Source: Synergistales bacterium
Lineage (GTDB): Bacteria > Synergistota > Synergistia > Synergistales > JAFGMB01
Direction: 5' to 3'
NCBI GenBank assembly: GCA_963666205.1
Contig: OY762654.1
Coordinates: 2,656,001-2,720,000 of the forward strand
Length of the DNA: 64,000 bases
Of this stretch, positions 1 to 9,163 are shown in pieces (position 1 is the first letter of the stretch; every line of letters begins with the position of its first letter). Under the pieces are notes generated by a model that ran no database searches, was not told the DNA's origin, and was given only the letters and a program-made list of their open reading frames with translations. A program made the translations under genes and the position numbers.

Positions 1-1
1 T

Positions 2-1093
2 CAACAGCATTTACAAAAGCTCTCAAGGTATTTTGAGAGTCATAATATTACTCTAACGTTTCTTACCGGTTCAATGAATGGACAGGAACGGAAAAATAGT
101 CTTCAGAAAATTGAGGATGGACGGGCTGACATTGTCGTCGGAACTCACGCGCTTTTTCAGGAAAAAGTCAGATATGCCAGATTAGGCCTGGTTGTAATAG
201 ATGAGCAGCACCGGTTCGGAGTCCTCCAGAGAGGTGCTCTCAGAAAGAAGGGACAGAATCCCCATGTCCTTGTCATGACGGCTACACCTATCCCCAGAAC
301 TCTTACCCTTTCTGTTTATGGCGATCTTTCGGTATCAGTAATGGATGAGATGCCTCCTGGGAGGAAAAATATTACTACTAGGTGGGTCAGACCTTCCCGT
401 ATAGAAGGACTCAAGGGTTTTCTGCAAGATCAGGTCAAAAGGGGCAGGCAGGTCTACTGGGTCTGTCCTTTGATCGAAGAGAGTGAAAATATCCAGGCGG
501 TTTCACTCTCTGAAAGATACGAAAAACTCAAGGTTTCCCTTGGAGATATGAGAGTGGCCTTCCTCCATGGGCAGGTTGCACCTGACGAGAAAGACCTTAC
601 CATGTCCGATTTCGAAAAGGGCAGGATAGATCTGCTGGTTTCAACCACAGTCATCGAGGTTGGAGTAGATGTTCCAAACGCCACGGTTATGGTGATAGAG
701 GATGCAAATCGCTTTGGTCTGTCCCAGCTACATCAGTTGAGGGGCAGGGTCGGTAGAGGTTCTTCTAAGAGCTACTGTTTCCTGCTGGCAGAACCCTCAT
801 CCATTGAATCGAAACAAAGGATCAGGACTATGTGCAGCACCCAGAATGGATTTAAGATCGCAGATGCAGATCTTCGATTACGCGGGCCAGGAGAGGTGTG
901 CGGGATAAAACAGCATGGTGTTACGGATTTTAGAGTAGCTGATCTTGTAAGAGACAGAGAAATGCTTCTACTGGCGAGGGAACAGGCCTTCAGAATTGTG
1001 GATAATGATAACCAGCTTGCAGGTTTACCTCTTCTAAGGGAAGAAGTTCTGAGAAGGGTGGGAAAGGTGCTTGATCTGGTGAAGACAGGATGA
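2..1093 (+). CDS. recG: ATP-dependent DNA helicase RecG (5'-truncated by window edge)
   Basis: Frame is open from nt 2 (QQHLQKL...). Motifs DEQHRFG, MTATPIPRTL, TTVIEVGVDVPNA, QLHQLRGRVGRG and the TRG motif DLRLRGPGE are present. Confidence 0.97.
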   Translation, partial: QQHLQKLSRYFESHNITLTFLTGSMNGQERKNSLQKIEDGRADIVVGTHALFQEKVRYARLGLVVIDEQHRFGVLQRGALRKKGQNPHVLVMTATPIPRTLTLSVYGDLSVSVMDEMPPGRKNITTRWVRPSRIEGLKGFLQDQVKRGRQVYWVCPLIEESENIQAVSLSERYEKLKVSLGDMRVAFLHGQVAPDEKDLTMSDFEKGRIDLLVSTTVIEVGVDVPNATVMVIEDANRFGLSQLHQLRGRVGRGSSKSYCFLLAEPSSIESKQRIRTMCSTQNGFKIADADLRLRGPGEVCGIKQHGVTDFRVADLVRDREMLLLAREQAFRIVDNDNQLAGLPLLREEVLRRVGKVLDLVKTG

Positions 1094-1524
1094 AAAATAA
1101 TCCCTTTGAACAGTATTTTCTAAGAATCATATCAAGAAGACCCTATACCAGAAAACAGCTTAGGGATAAACTCATAAGAAAAGGAGCCAGACCGGAGGAG
1201 ACTGAGGAAATTCTTGATGAGTATGCAAGATATGGTTATGTTGACGATCTGATATATGCTAAACTGTACATAGATTCCCATGATGGTTGGGGTATTATCC
1301 GTATCAGGGCTGAACTCCGGGCCAGGGGTGTAAGTTCGGCAGTCATAGATAAGGCATTGGAAGAGGAAGAACCTGATGAACTTTTACGGGCTGAGGAATT
1401 GGTCCGGTCATGGAGTGATTCTGATATAGGTGTCGAGAAGATACTTTCCAGACTTCTTCGGAGAGGGTTTTCTATGGGTGTTTGCAGAGAAGCTCTGGAC
1501 AGGGCTTGTGGACATTGGTTTTGA
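1090..1524 (+). CDS. recX: Regulatory protein RecX
   Basis: 144 aa with RecX-like repeats (ISRRPYTRKQLRDKL, YGYVDDLIYA, G..RIRAELRARGV, LLRRGF); lies upstream of rny. Confidence 0.85.
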   Translation: MKNNPFEQYFLRIISRRPYTRKQLRDKLIRKGARPEETEEILDEYARYGYVDDLIYAKLYIDSHDGWGIIRIRAELRARGVSSAVIDKALEEEEPDELLRAEELVRSWSDSDIGVEKILSRLLRRGFSMGVCREALDRACGHWF

Positions 1525-1621
1525 AATGTAAAATATGGATTGAAATTTCTGTGTAGTCAAAGGCAATTTTATCAAGGCATAGACTGCACCTTGAAAACTA
1601 AATAAGGGGTGATATTTACAA

Positions 1622-3160
1622 ATGCATTTAACATTAATCCTGGTAATAATAGCAGGGGTTTCTGTGGGTGTTATCGCAGGTTTCCTGCTTTCCAAAAAGA
1701 TAGGTGCCAAACATCTTGAAGGAGCCAAGAGTCAGGCTGAGCGTTTGCTCCGGGAAGCTTTCCAGGAGGCAGATCAGCAGAAAAGGGAAAAACTTACTGA
1801 AGCAAGGGAAGAGATATACAAACTGAGGCAGGAAGCGGAAAAAGAGATCAAGGACCGCAGGGGAGAGCTTCAGAGAGCAGAACGTAGACTTGAACAGAAG
1901 GAAGAAAACTTCGACCGGAAACTGGATAAACTGGCCCACCGGGAAGAAGAGGTCAAGAACAGACAGACAGAGCTGGAAAATCAACTTAAGGAAGTTGAAG
2001 CTATCAGACAGGAGCAGGTCACCAGACTCGAAGAAGTAGCTCAACTATCAAGAGATGAGGCCAGGGAGATTCTTCTGAAAGAGATAGAAGAGGATGCCCA
2101 GCATATAATCGGCTTGAGGCTCAAGGATATAGAGGAAAGAGCAAAAAGAGAAGCCGAGAGAAAGTCCCGGGAGATAATAGTCACAGCAGTACAGCGTTGT
2201 GCAGTAGACCATACATCTGATGTTGCAGTAAGTACTGTTGCGCTCCCCTCAGATGAGATGAAGGGACGAATAATCGGCAGAGAAGGCCGGAACATAAGAG
2301 CCTTTGAAACCCTTACAGGCGTAGACCTTATAGTTGATGATACCCCTGAGGCTGTCACTTTGAGCAGTTTTGATCCTGTAAGAAGAGAAATAGCGCGACT
2401 TTCCCTTGAAAAACTTATTGTTGACGGAAGAATACATCCCGCCCGTATTGAGGAACTTGTCGAGAAGGCTGGTAGGGACGTAGAAGAGCAGATAATGGAA
2501 GCAGGTGAGGAAGCTCTTCTTGAAACAAATGTAAAAAACATGAACAATGATCTTGTTAGAACCCTCGGATCTCTGAAATACAGATACAGTTACGGACAGA
2601 ATGCATTGAAACATAGCCTGGAAGTTTCCCACCTTTCCGGTATTATGGCTGCCGAACTTAACCTGGATGAGGAGCTGGCCAGAAGAGCAGGTCTTCTCCA
2701 TGATATCGGCAAAGCCGTGGATCACAAGATAGAAGGTCCCCATGCCCTTATCGGTGCAGATCTGGCGAAGAGATTCAATGAATCACCGGTTGTCATTAAT
2801 GCTATAGCTTCCCATCATGAGGACCTTGAACAGCAGAGTATATATGATGTTATCGTTGCCGCTGCAGATGCCATAAGTGCTTCAAGGCCCGGGGCCAGGA
2901 GAGAAAGCCTCGATGCATACGTAAGGCGGTTGGAAAAACTGGAAGAACTGGCAAAATCCTTTGGAGGAGTAAGTAAGGCTTATGCCATACAGGCTGGAAG
3001 AGAAGTCAGGGTTGTAGTTGCTTCCAGTATAACCGAAGAGGGTATTATCCATAAACTGGCCTGGGATATAGCCCGTAAGATAGAAGAGGAAATGAAATAT
3101 CCGGGACAGATCAAGGTCACCGTTACCAAGGAGATCCGAAGCGTTGAATATGCCAAGTAG
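1622..3160 (+). CDS. rny: Ribonuclease Y
   Basis: N-terminal TM helix, coiled coil, KH domain ([14 protein letters not shown]), HD domain (LLHDIGKA), C-terminal YPGQIKVTV. Confidence 0.97.
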   Translation: MHLTLILVIIAGVSVGVIAGFLLSKKIGAKHLEGAKSQAERLLREAFQEADQQKREKLTEAREEIYKLRQEAEKEIKDRRGELQRAERRLEQKEENFDRKLDKLAHREEEVKNRQTELENQLKEVEAIRQEQVTRLEEVAQLSRDEAREILLKEIEEDAQHIIGLRLKDIEERAKREAERKSREIIVTAVQRCAVDHTSDVAVSTVALPSDEMKGRIIGREGRNIRAFETLTGVDLIVDDTPEAVTLSSFDPVRREIARLSLEKLIVDGRIHPARIEELVEKAGRDVEEQIMEAGEEALLETNVKNMNNDLVRTLGSLKYRYSYGQNALKHSLEVSHLSGIMAAELNLDEELARRAGLLHDIGKAVDHKIEGPHALIGADLAKRFNESPVVINAIASHHEDLEQQSIYDVIVAAADAISASRPGARRESLDAYVRRLEKLEELAKSFGGVSKAYAIQAGREVRVVVASSITEEGIIHKLAWDIARKIEEEMKYPGQIKVTVTKEIRSVEYAK

Positions 3161-3172
3161 GAGTAATATTTT

Positions 3173-3946
3173 ATGAAGGTTCTTTTTATCGGAGATATCA
3201 TTGGAGGGCCTGGCAGAAAGATAACTGCCAGGCTCCTTCCTGTCCTGAAGCAGGAATATGGAGGATTCGATTTTATCATAGCCAACTGCGAGAACGCTGC
3301 AGGAGGCAAAGGCCTTACTGAAAAGGTGATGAATGAGCTTTTTTCACTCGGTATAGATCTCATGACCTCTGGCAACCATATATGGGACAAAAAGGATTTT
3401 ATACATTTGGTTGACGAAGAGCCCAATCTCCTTAGACCGGCGAATTATCCACCTTCCTGTCCAGGGAGCGGCTTCAGGGTGATTGAAAAAAAAGGCAAGA
3501 CCCTTGGGGTTCTCAATCTGCAGGGGCGGGTTTTTATGCCTCCACTGGATTGTCCTTTTAGAAGAGCGGATGAGATCCTTGATGAAGTGAAGGATCTCCC
3601 TGTGCTGGTGGATTTTCATGCAGAAGCCACTTCGGAAAAGAGGGTCCTTGGATTTTATCTGGATGGGAGGGTTTCAGCTTTCGTGGGAACCCATACACAT
3701 GTCCAGACTGCAGACGAGGAGATCCTTCCCGAAGGGACCGCATACATCACTGATGTCGGAATGACCGGACCCCATCGTAGTGCTATTGGAATGTCTCTGG
3801 ATTCGGTGATTCCCCGTTTCCTTACTGGAATGCCCACCCGCTTTGAGGTTGCTGAAGATGATCTCAGGCTTTGCGCGGTGTTAATAGAGATTGATGAAGA
3901 AAGTTGTAAGGCTCTTAGTATAAAGAGGATTTCAGTTTCCAGATAG
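3173..3946 (+). CDS. ymdB: YmdB-family (TIGR00282) metallophosphoesterase
   Basis: Motifs FIGDI, NCENAAGG, TSGNHIWD, DFHAEATSEK, GTHTHVQTAD; conserved position after rny. Confidence 0.93.
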   Translation: MKVLFIGDIIGGPGRKITARLLPVLKQEYGGFDFIIANCENAAGGKGLTEKVMNELFSLGIDLMTSGNHIWDKKDFIHLVDEEPNLLRPANYPPSCPGSGFRVIEKKGKTLGVLNLQGRVFMPPLDCPFRRADEILDEVKDLPVLVDFHAEATSEKRVLGFYLDGRVSAFVGTHTHVQTADEEILPEGTAYITDVGMTGPHRSAIGMSLDSVIPRFLTGMPTRFEVAEDDLRLCAVLIEIDEESCKALSIKRISVSR

Positions 3947-3949
3947 CCT

Positions 3950-3978
3950 GAAGCCGCCCCAGGGGGCGGCTTCTTTTT
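3950..3978. terminator. Intrinsic terminator between convergent ymdB and hypE
   Basis: GAAGCCGCCC/GGGCGGCTTC stem followed by TTTTT. Confidence 0.85.
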
Positions 3979-3996
3979 ATTCTGGCTGGGGTTTCA

Positions 3997-4986
3997 TCAA
4001 CAAATCCTGGGCAACATTTCTCCAACGGGCATATCAACCACTCTCATTCCACCTATTGATGTCCGTAGCCCTACCAAACCTCTATGAGAATCAACGACCC
4101 TTCCAATAATTGCAGCTTCTTTACATATTTCATGTTTTCGCAGTCTCTGAAGGGCTTCTTCTTCCTGGTCAGGTGATATTGCGATGGCGGCGCATCCCTC
4201 GCAGGCCAGATAGAGAGGATCAAATCCAAGAATATCACAAACAGAAGCCACTTCCTCCTGGATGGGGATCTTCTCTTCTTCCATTTCTATGCCAATGTTT
4301 CTGCCTTCTGCCCATTCGCACATTACTGTACCCAGGCCTCCACGGGTACAGTCCCTCATGGATCTGAGGCCTTCAAGGTCAAGAATATCCTTCAATGCTG
4401 GCCATAAGGCTGCGCAGTCACTTTTAAGTCCTTCTGCTTCAAGTTCAAAACGGGATGCTCCAATTGCCGCACCGTGTCTTCCAATTGAAGTGCTTACCAG
4501 AATGCCGTCCCCCGGTTGAAGATTTTTCATCCCAAGTGGAAGAATCAATTCAGACCTTCCGATGGCACAGGTGGTTAAGAAAAGTCCATCTACGGCTCCC
4601 ATTGGAACGACCTTAGTGTCGCCCGAAGCGAGTTTGATCCCAAGGTCTGAACATATGGCAGCTGCGCTTTTCATATATATTTTCAGTTCTTCAAGTTCGA
4701 AGCCTTCTTCGACAACGATACTCAGTGAGATAAATTCAGGTCTGACTCCTCTTACCGCAAGATCATTGGCACTTCCGCAGATTGCAAGCTCTCCAATATC
4801 CCCTCCCGGAAAAGTTCTGGGGGTAACAGTAAAACCATCTATGGTTACAGCGTACCCGTTTCCGATAAACGCACAATCTTCAAGTTCTGACAGTTTTGCC
4901 TTGTCAGGAAATATACTTGTGATATCTGTAATCAACTCCTGTGTAAGTCTCCCGCCGCTTCCATGTCCAATGGTCAATTTTCCCAT
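3997..4986 (-). CDS. hypE: Hydrogenase maturation carbamoyl dehydratase HypE
   Basis: Start reassigned to ATG 4986 (MGKLTIGHGSGG). Motifs FPGGDIG, GDTKVV, RDCTRGG and the C-terminal PRIC. Confidence 0.95.
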   Translation of the reverse strand: MGKLTIGHGSGGRLTQELITDITSIFPDKAKLSELEDCAFIGNGYAVTIDGFTVTPRTFPGGDIGELAICGSANDLAVRGVRPEFISLSIVVEEGFELEELKIYMKSAAAICSDLGIKLASGDTKVVPMGAVDGLFLTTCAIGRSELILPLGMKNLQPGDGILVSTSIGRHGAAIGASRFELEAEGLKSDCAALWPALKDILDLEGLRSMRDCTRGGLGTVMCEWAEGRNIGIEMEEEKIPIQEEVASVCDILGFDPLYLACEGCAAIAISPDQEEEALQRLRKHEICKEAAIIGRVVDSHRGLVGLRTSIGGMRVVDMPVGEMLPRIC

Positions 4987-6077
4987 GCTATAGTACCCCC
5001 TCTTCTGAACTTGTAATATGCGGAACAGGTTCCTTCTCCGGATACCATACAGGGTCCTACAGGTGTTACGGGAGTGCAACTTTCAGCAAAAAGGGGACAT
5101 TCCGGGGGAGTTATTCTTCCGGAAAGAACTTCCCCGCAAAGACATCCTTGAGGTGGCTGGACTTTCTCTATCTTGAAATTAAACTTTTTCAGGGCATCGA
5201 AATCCTGGAAGGGCTTCCTTAGACGCAGACCGGAATTCGGGATCTCTCCAATTCCCCTCCAGGATGCATTATCGTACTCAAAAACCGTTTCCAGAAGTTT
5301 CTGGGCTACTAAATTACCTGATGGGCGAACTGCCCTCTGGTACGTCGATTCCAGACGCGGGTTTCTTCTGGAAACCTGTGAGGCAAGATCCACCAGTCCA
5401 AGGAGGATATCTTCAGCGTCAAAACCGGCAATGGTGCAGGCGATGCCATATTGATCAGCAAGGAAACTGTAAGGTTCGTATCCAAGTATCACACTGACAT
5501 GTCCAGGCAGCAGAAAAGCGTCTATTTTCAGTTCTTCATCCATGGCCAGCTGTTCAAGAACAGGAGGTGTTCTCTTGTGGAAGCATGCAATAGATAAATT
5601 GGTGATCCCTTTCCCCTTTGCATCCATAAGCATGGAGGCTGTAGCAGGGGATGTTGTTTCAAAGCCGATGGCCAGAAATACTATCTCTTTAGAAGGATTT
5701 TCTCTGGCCATATCAAGACAGCTTATCGCTGTTGTAACTACTCTTATATCCGAGCCTTCCCCTTTCTTTTTCCCAAGGGAACTGTAGGTGCCTGGAACCC
5801 GCATCATATCGCCATAGGTAGCTATTATGACATCGGGTTCTTCTGAAAGGCTTATAATTGCATCCAGATCACCCTGGTCGGTTACACAGACAGGACATCC
5901 AGGTCCGGAAAGCAGTCGGATGTTTTCCGGGATCAGGGACCGGATACCATTGCGGAAAACGGAAACGGTGTGAGTTCCGCAAACCTCCATGACGGTCATT
6001 GGCCTTACGGCCAGTCTGTTAAGGGCCTTAAGGAGCAGATCCACCCTTTTTGATCTATCTTGCTCAGACAATGTCAT
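4974..6077 (-). CDS. hypD: Hydrogenase maturation protein HypD
   Basis: MEVCGTHT, GPGCPVCV, GFETT, PGHVS, and the C-terminal Cys cluster CMVSGEGTC. ATG 6077 has a GCAGGAG RBS. Confidence 0.96.
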   Translation of the reverse strand: MTLSEQDRSKRVDLLLKALNRLAVRPMTVMEVCGTHTVSVFRNGIRSLIPENIRLLSGPGCPVCVTDQGDLDAIISLSEEPDVIIATYGDMMRVPGTYSSLGKKKGEGSDIRVVTTAISCLDMARENPSKEIVFLAIGFETTSPATASMLMDAKGKGITNLSIACFHKRTPPVLEQLAMDEELKIDAFLLPGHVSVILGYEPYSFLADQYGIACTIAGFDAEDILLGLVDLASQVSRRNPRLESTYQRAVRPSGNLVAQKLLETVFEYDNASWRGIGEIPNSGLRLRKPFQDFDALKKFNFKIEKVQPPQGCLCGEVLSGRITPPECPLFAESCTPVTPVGPCMVSGEGTCSAYYKFRRGGTIAWEN

Positions 6078-6303
6078 TCTCTCCTGCAAGTTCACGGATC
6101 TCGTCCCAAAGAGAATTCAGTTCCTCAGATTCTTCCGGTTCCAGTTTTTCTATTACAAAACCGGCATGAACAAGGACAGGGTCTCCCACTTTGAGTTCTT
6201 CCATAAGATCTGTCCTGACTTCGGTCCTGATTTTTCCTGCAGAAGCATAGGCTCTTTTCGCATCAATTATTTCAATAATCTTGTGTGGTATGGCTAGACA
6301 CAT
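6064..6303 (-). CDS. hypC: Hydrogenase assembly chaperone HypC
   Basis: N-terminal MCLAIP and VGDPVLVHAGF motifs. Confidence 0.95.
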   Translation of the reverse strand: MCLAIPHKIIEIIDAKRAYASAGKIRTEVRTDLMEELKVGDPVLVHAGFVIEKLEPEESEELNSLWDEIRELAGENDIV

Positions 6304-6658
6304 GAAAATTCCACCTTTCGGGGGATATTCTAACTCATATCATTAATAAAACAAACAAGGTCAGGATGTCTTGGAATTTTCTGAATAAAACTTCTTGTTG
6401 AAAAAATCCCCTTTTTCAATTATTTTATAAAAGAATACATGGAGATGTTGTATAATATTTTCTGAATATCCTTAATGGATGTTTAAGTCTTTTCAGTTGT
6501 TTTTTAGAGTGACCGTTTTTCGGGTCTTTAAGAGTTCATTGTTCAGTAATACAATTAAATCAGAAGGAGGTGCAAATAAGCAGGGGGGATTTGTCGTTTT
6601 TTTTGTTGTATGGTTGTAGAGTTTCATCATTTAGGCCAAAAGGAGGGGTTTTGGGAAA

Positions 6659-7996
6659 ATGAGTAATGGCGTAGAAAGAGAACAATGGGGAAGTAAAATC
6701 GGTTTTATAATGGCTGCAGCTGGTTCAGCTGTAGGACTTGGTAATATATGGAAGTTTCCCTATATTACCGGTCAGAATGGTGGTGCGGCCTTTGTAGTCA
6801 TGTATGTCGCACTTGTTTTTGTTATCGGTTATGCTGTAATGATGGCAGAGATCGTTATCGGCCGTAAGGCAGAGCTTAATGCGGTTGGATCCTTTGCCAA
6901 GCTTAAAGGTGGTCCTTGGGTACTTGTAGGATGGATGGGTATAGCTGCTGGTTTCATAATCCTTTCCTTTTATGGTGTCATAGGAGGATGGACCATAAAA
7001 TATATTCTGGCCTCCTTTACTGGTCTCATGGAGGCAGGGAAAGCGGGAACTGCTGGAGATCTCTTCGGTGGTTTTATCACTGATGCTCCCAAGGTTATCA
7101 TCTATCAACTTCTTTTCATGCTTGTAACCATCTGGATAGTCTACAAGGGTATTGGTGAAGGAATTGAAAAATACTGCAAAGTTCTTATGCCTGGACTCTT
7201 TATACTTCTTTTGATCCTTATCGTAAGGTCTGTCACTCTTCCCGGTGCTGGCAAGGGGCTTGCTTTCTACCTTAAGCCCGATTTCTCCAAGCTTAACGGT
7301 GGAGTTTTCCTGGCAGCCCTTGGACAGGCTTTCTTCTCACTGTCCCTTGGTATGGGATGTATGGTGACCTACGGCAGTTACCTTCCCAAAGATACGAGTA
7401 TTCCCGGTGCTGCAGCACAGGTATGTTTCCTTGATACTGCCGTAGCATTTCTTGCAGGTCTGGTAATATTCCCGGCAGTTTTTGCCTTTGGCCTTGAACC
7501 GGGAGCGGGTCCTGGACTTACCTTCATCACCCTGCCAAACGTCTTTGCCCAGATGCCGGGTGGAGCAGTGTGGTCAGCTCTTTTCTTCCTTCTTCTCCTC
7601 GTGGCGGCCATCACCTCATCCATATCTCTTCTTGAGGTTGTATGCGCATACTTCATTGACGAGCTGAACTGGTCTAGAGCAAAAGCTGCATGGGTCATGG
7701 GGTTGGTTATATTTGCCCTTGGTGTTCCTTCTGCTATTTCCCTTGGCGGCGGACTCAAGATCGCAGGTAAAGACTTCCTTGATGCTGCGGATTTCCTTGC
7801 TTCAAATATCCTTCTGCCCCTGGGCGGACTTTTCATAGCCCTATTTGTAGGCTGGGTCTGGACCGATGCAGCAAAGAAGGAGATCACCAACGAAGGTACG
7901 ATCCCCTTTGGCCTTATGGGACCCTGGCTCTGGATATGCAGAGTAGTGGCACCCGTAGCAATTGCATGGATATTCCTTAAAGGTCTTAAGTGGTAA
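6659..7996 (+). CDS. Sodium-dependent amino acid transporter, NSS/SNF (LeuT/MhsT-like) family
   Basis: REQW...GSAVGLGNIWKFPY...NGGAAF signature, QAFFSLSLGMG, GPGLTF, many TM segments; AGGAGG RBS. Confidence 0.95.
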   Translation: MSNGVEREQWGSKIGFIMAAAGSAVGLGNIWKFPYITGQNGGAAFVVMYVALVFVIGYAVMMAEIVIGRKAELNAVGSFAKLKGGPWVLVGWMGIAAGFIILSFYGVIGGWTIKYILASFTGLMEAGKAGTAGDLFGGFITDAPKVIIYQLLFMLVTIWIVYKGIGEGIEKYCKVLMPGLFILLLILIVRSVTLPGAGKGLAFYLKPDFSKLNGGVFLAALGQAFFSLSLGMGCMVTYGSYLPKDTSIPGAAAQVCFLDTAVAFLAGLVIFPAVFAFGLEPGAGPGLTFITLPNVFAQMPGGAVWSALFFLLLLVAAITSSISLLEVVCAYFIDELNWSRAKAAWVMGLVIFALGVPSAISLGGGLKIAGKDFLDAADFLASNILLPLGGLFIALFVGWVWTDAAKKEITNEGTIPFGLMGPWLWICRVVAPVAIAWIFLKGLKW

Positions 7997-8010
7997 TCAG
8001 ATATTAAACC

Positions 8011-8040
8011 AAAAAGGCGGGGTTTCCCCGCCTTTTTGTT
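8011..8040 (+). terminator. Intrinsic terminator of the NSS transporter gene
   Basis: AAAAAGGCGGGG-TTT-CCCCGCCTTTTT. Confidence 0.88.
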
Positions 8041-8087
8041 ATCTTTGAATACATTACCCTCCAATCGTTTTTTTCTTCACATTTGTC

Positions 8088-8115
8088 TTGACTATGTCGT
8101 GACATAGTGTAAAAT
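8088..8115 (+). promoter_or_regulatory. Sigma70-type promoter of the grd operon, overlapped by an 18-bp palindrome
   Basis: TTGACT (8088-8093), 16-nt spacer, TAAAAT (8110-8115), just upstream of the riboswitch. ACTATGTC-GT-GACATAGT at 8091-8108. Confidence 0.6.
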
Positions 8116-8127
8116 CTACCCGTACGC

Positions 8128-8316
8128 TCCGGATGAAGGTCGCAAGAGAGACCCCATTATCATCCTCTCGAAAGAGTAGGGGCGCCGAAGGGGCAAGGTA
8201 CACCTGACGGTGTGCTGAAACTCTCAGGCAAAGGGATTGTGACTGGACGGATCTCTGAAAACTTAGCCATAAGTGGTTCCGTTAATTACACCTTCCACGG
8301 GCTATACGACAGAGAT
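8128..8316 (+). ncRNA. Glycine riboswitch (one complete aptamer plus a 3' degenerate 'ghost' aptamer)
   Basis: P1 GTCGCAA/TTGTGAC encloses GAGAGAC, CGCCGAAGGGGCAA and GAAACTCTCAGGCAAAGG. Leader TCCGGATGA can form a K-turn with linker GGACGGA. Second stem ATCTCTG/CAGAGAT. Directly precedes the glycine reductase genes. Confidence 0.9.
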
Positions 8317-8347
8317 TGGTATCGTTTTCTTTATTGGAGGCGTTTCC

Positions 8348-8758
8348 ATGTCAGGTCGTGTAGTTCTTGTGACTAATAACCCCAGATACCTTTCAAATGT
8401 TACTTCCATAGATCTTGTTAATGGAAGCTCGTGGGATGTCCTTGTGAAAGTCAGGGACATGGTCCATGGTGGATGTAAATTGTTATCCCATCCACTCTAT
8501 GGCAATCTTCGGCCCTACCAGCAACCTTTCCGTTCGGCCATCCTTTCTCTCAAGTCAGATAATGGTTCCTCCAGCGTAGATGAGTATTCTCTCACATTGA
8601 TTGAGCATGCCCTGTCAGTTTACCGTTCATGTCTTGACAGACTTCTTCTGAGGGGGGTCCTGCCCCCTGCAACCGAAGAGGATTATGCCTTTATGGATAT
8701 GGAACTTATGAAGCAGACTCTACTTCAGTATGATATTTTCTCTGAAAAGGGTGTTTGA
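8348..8758 (+). CDS. grdX: GrdX family protein
   Basis: LVTNNP, VRDMVHGGCKLLSHPLYGNLRPYQQPFRS, DYAFMDMEL. ATG 8348 follows GGAGG. Confidence 0.9.
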   Translation: MSGRVVLVTNNPRYLSNVTSIDLVNGSSWDVLVKVRDMVHGGCKLLSHPLYGNLRPYQQPFRSAILSLKSDNGSSSVDEYSLTLIEHALSVYRSCLDRLLLRGVLPPATEEDYAFMDMELMKQTLLQYDIFSEKGV

Positions 8759-8813
8759 GCCTGTCCGGCCATAACTGGACAAAGACAGTCTTAAAGCAAA
8801 GGAGGTGAACTAG

Positions 8814-9131
8814 ATGATAGAACTTACCAAGGAAACCTTTGATGCAGAGGTAAAGGAAAGTGAACTGCCCGTTCTTGTTGACTTCTGGGGTCCCCAGTGC
8901 GGTCCATGCCTTGCCCTTATGCCTCATGTGGAGGCTATGGAAAAGGAATACGAAGGCAAGGTCAAGTTTACGAAGGTAAACGTAAGCGGCAACAGACGAG
9001 TTGCCATAGCTAACAGGGTTATGGGGCTTCCCGGGATCCTGTTTTTTAAAGGCGGCGAAGAAGTGGCTAGACTGGGCGGTGGTGATGCTACCGCAGAGAA
9101 TATTAAGGCTAAGATCGAAGAGATGCTTTAA
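8814..9131 (+). CDS. trxA: Thioredoxin (glycine-reductase associated)
   Basis: 105 aa, VDFWGPQCGPC active site; GGAGGTG RBS. Confidence 0.93.
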   Translation: MIELTKETFDAEVKESELPVLVDFWGPQCGPCLALMPHVEAMEKEYEGKVKFTKVNVSGNRRVAIANRVMGLPGILFFKGGEEVARLGGGDATAENIKAKIEEML

Positions 9132-9163
9132 TAGTTGAACTCAATCCAAAGGGGGGAATCTCT

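Noticed and set aside
6591-6662. 23-codon TTG-start ORF overlapping the NSS transporter start
   Set aside because: Weak start, low-complexity sequence and no regulatory codon run; probably chance.
8273-8347. N-terminal extension of grdX in the ORF track
   Set aside because: It lies inside the riboswitch; ATG 8348 has the GGAGG RBS and matches the GrdX start.
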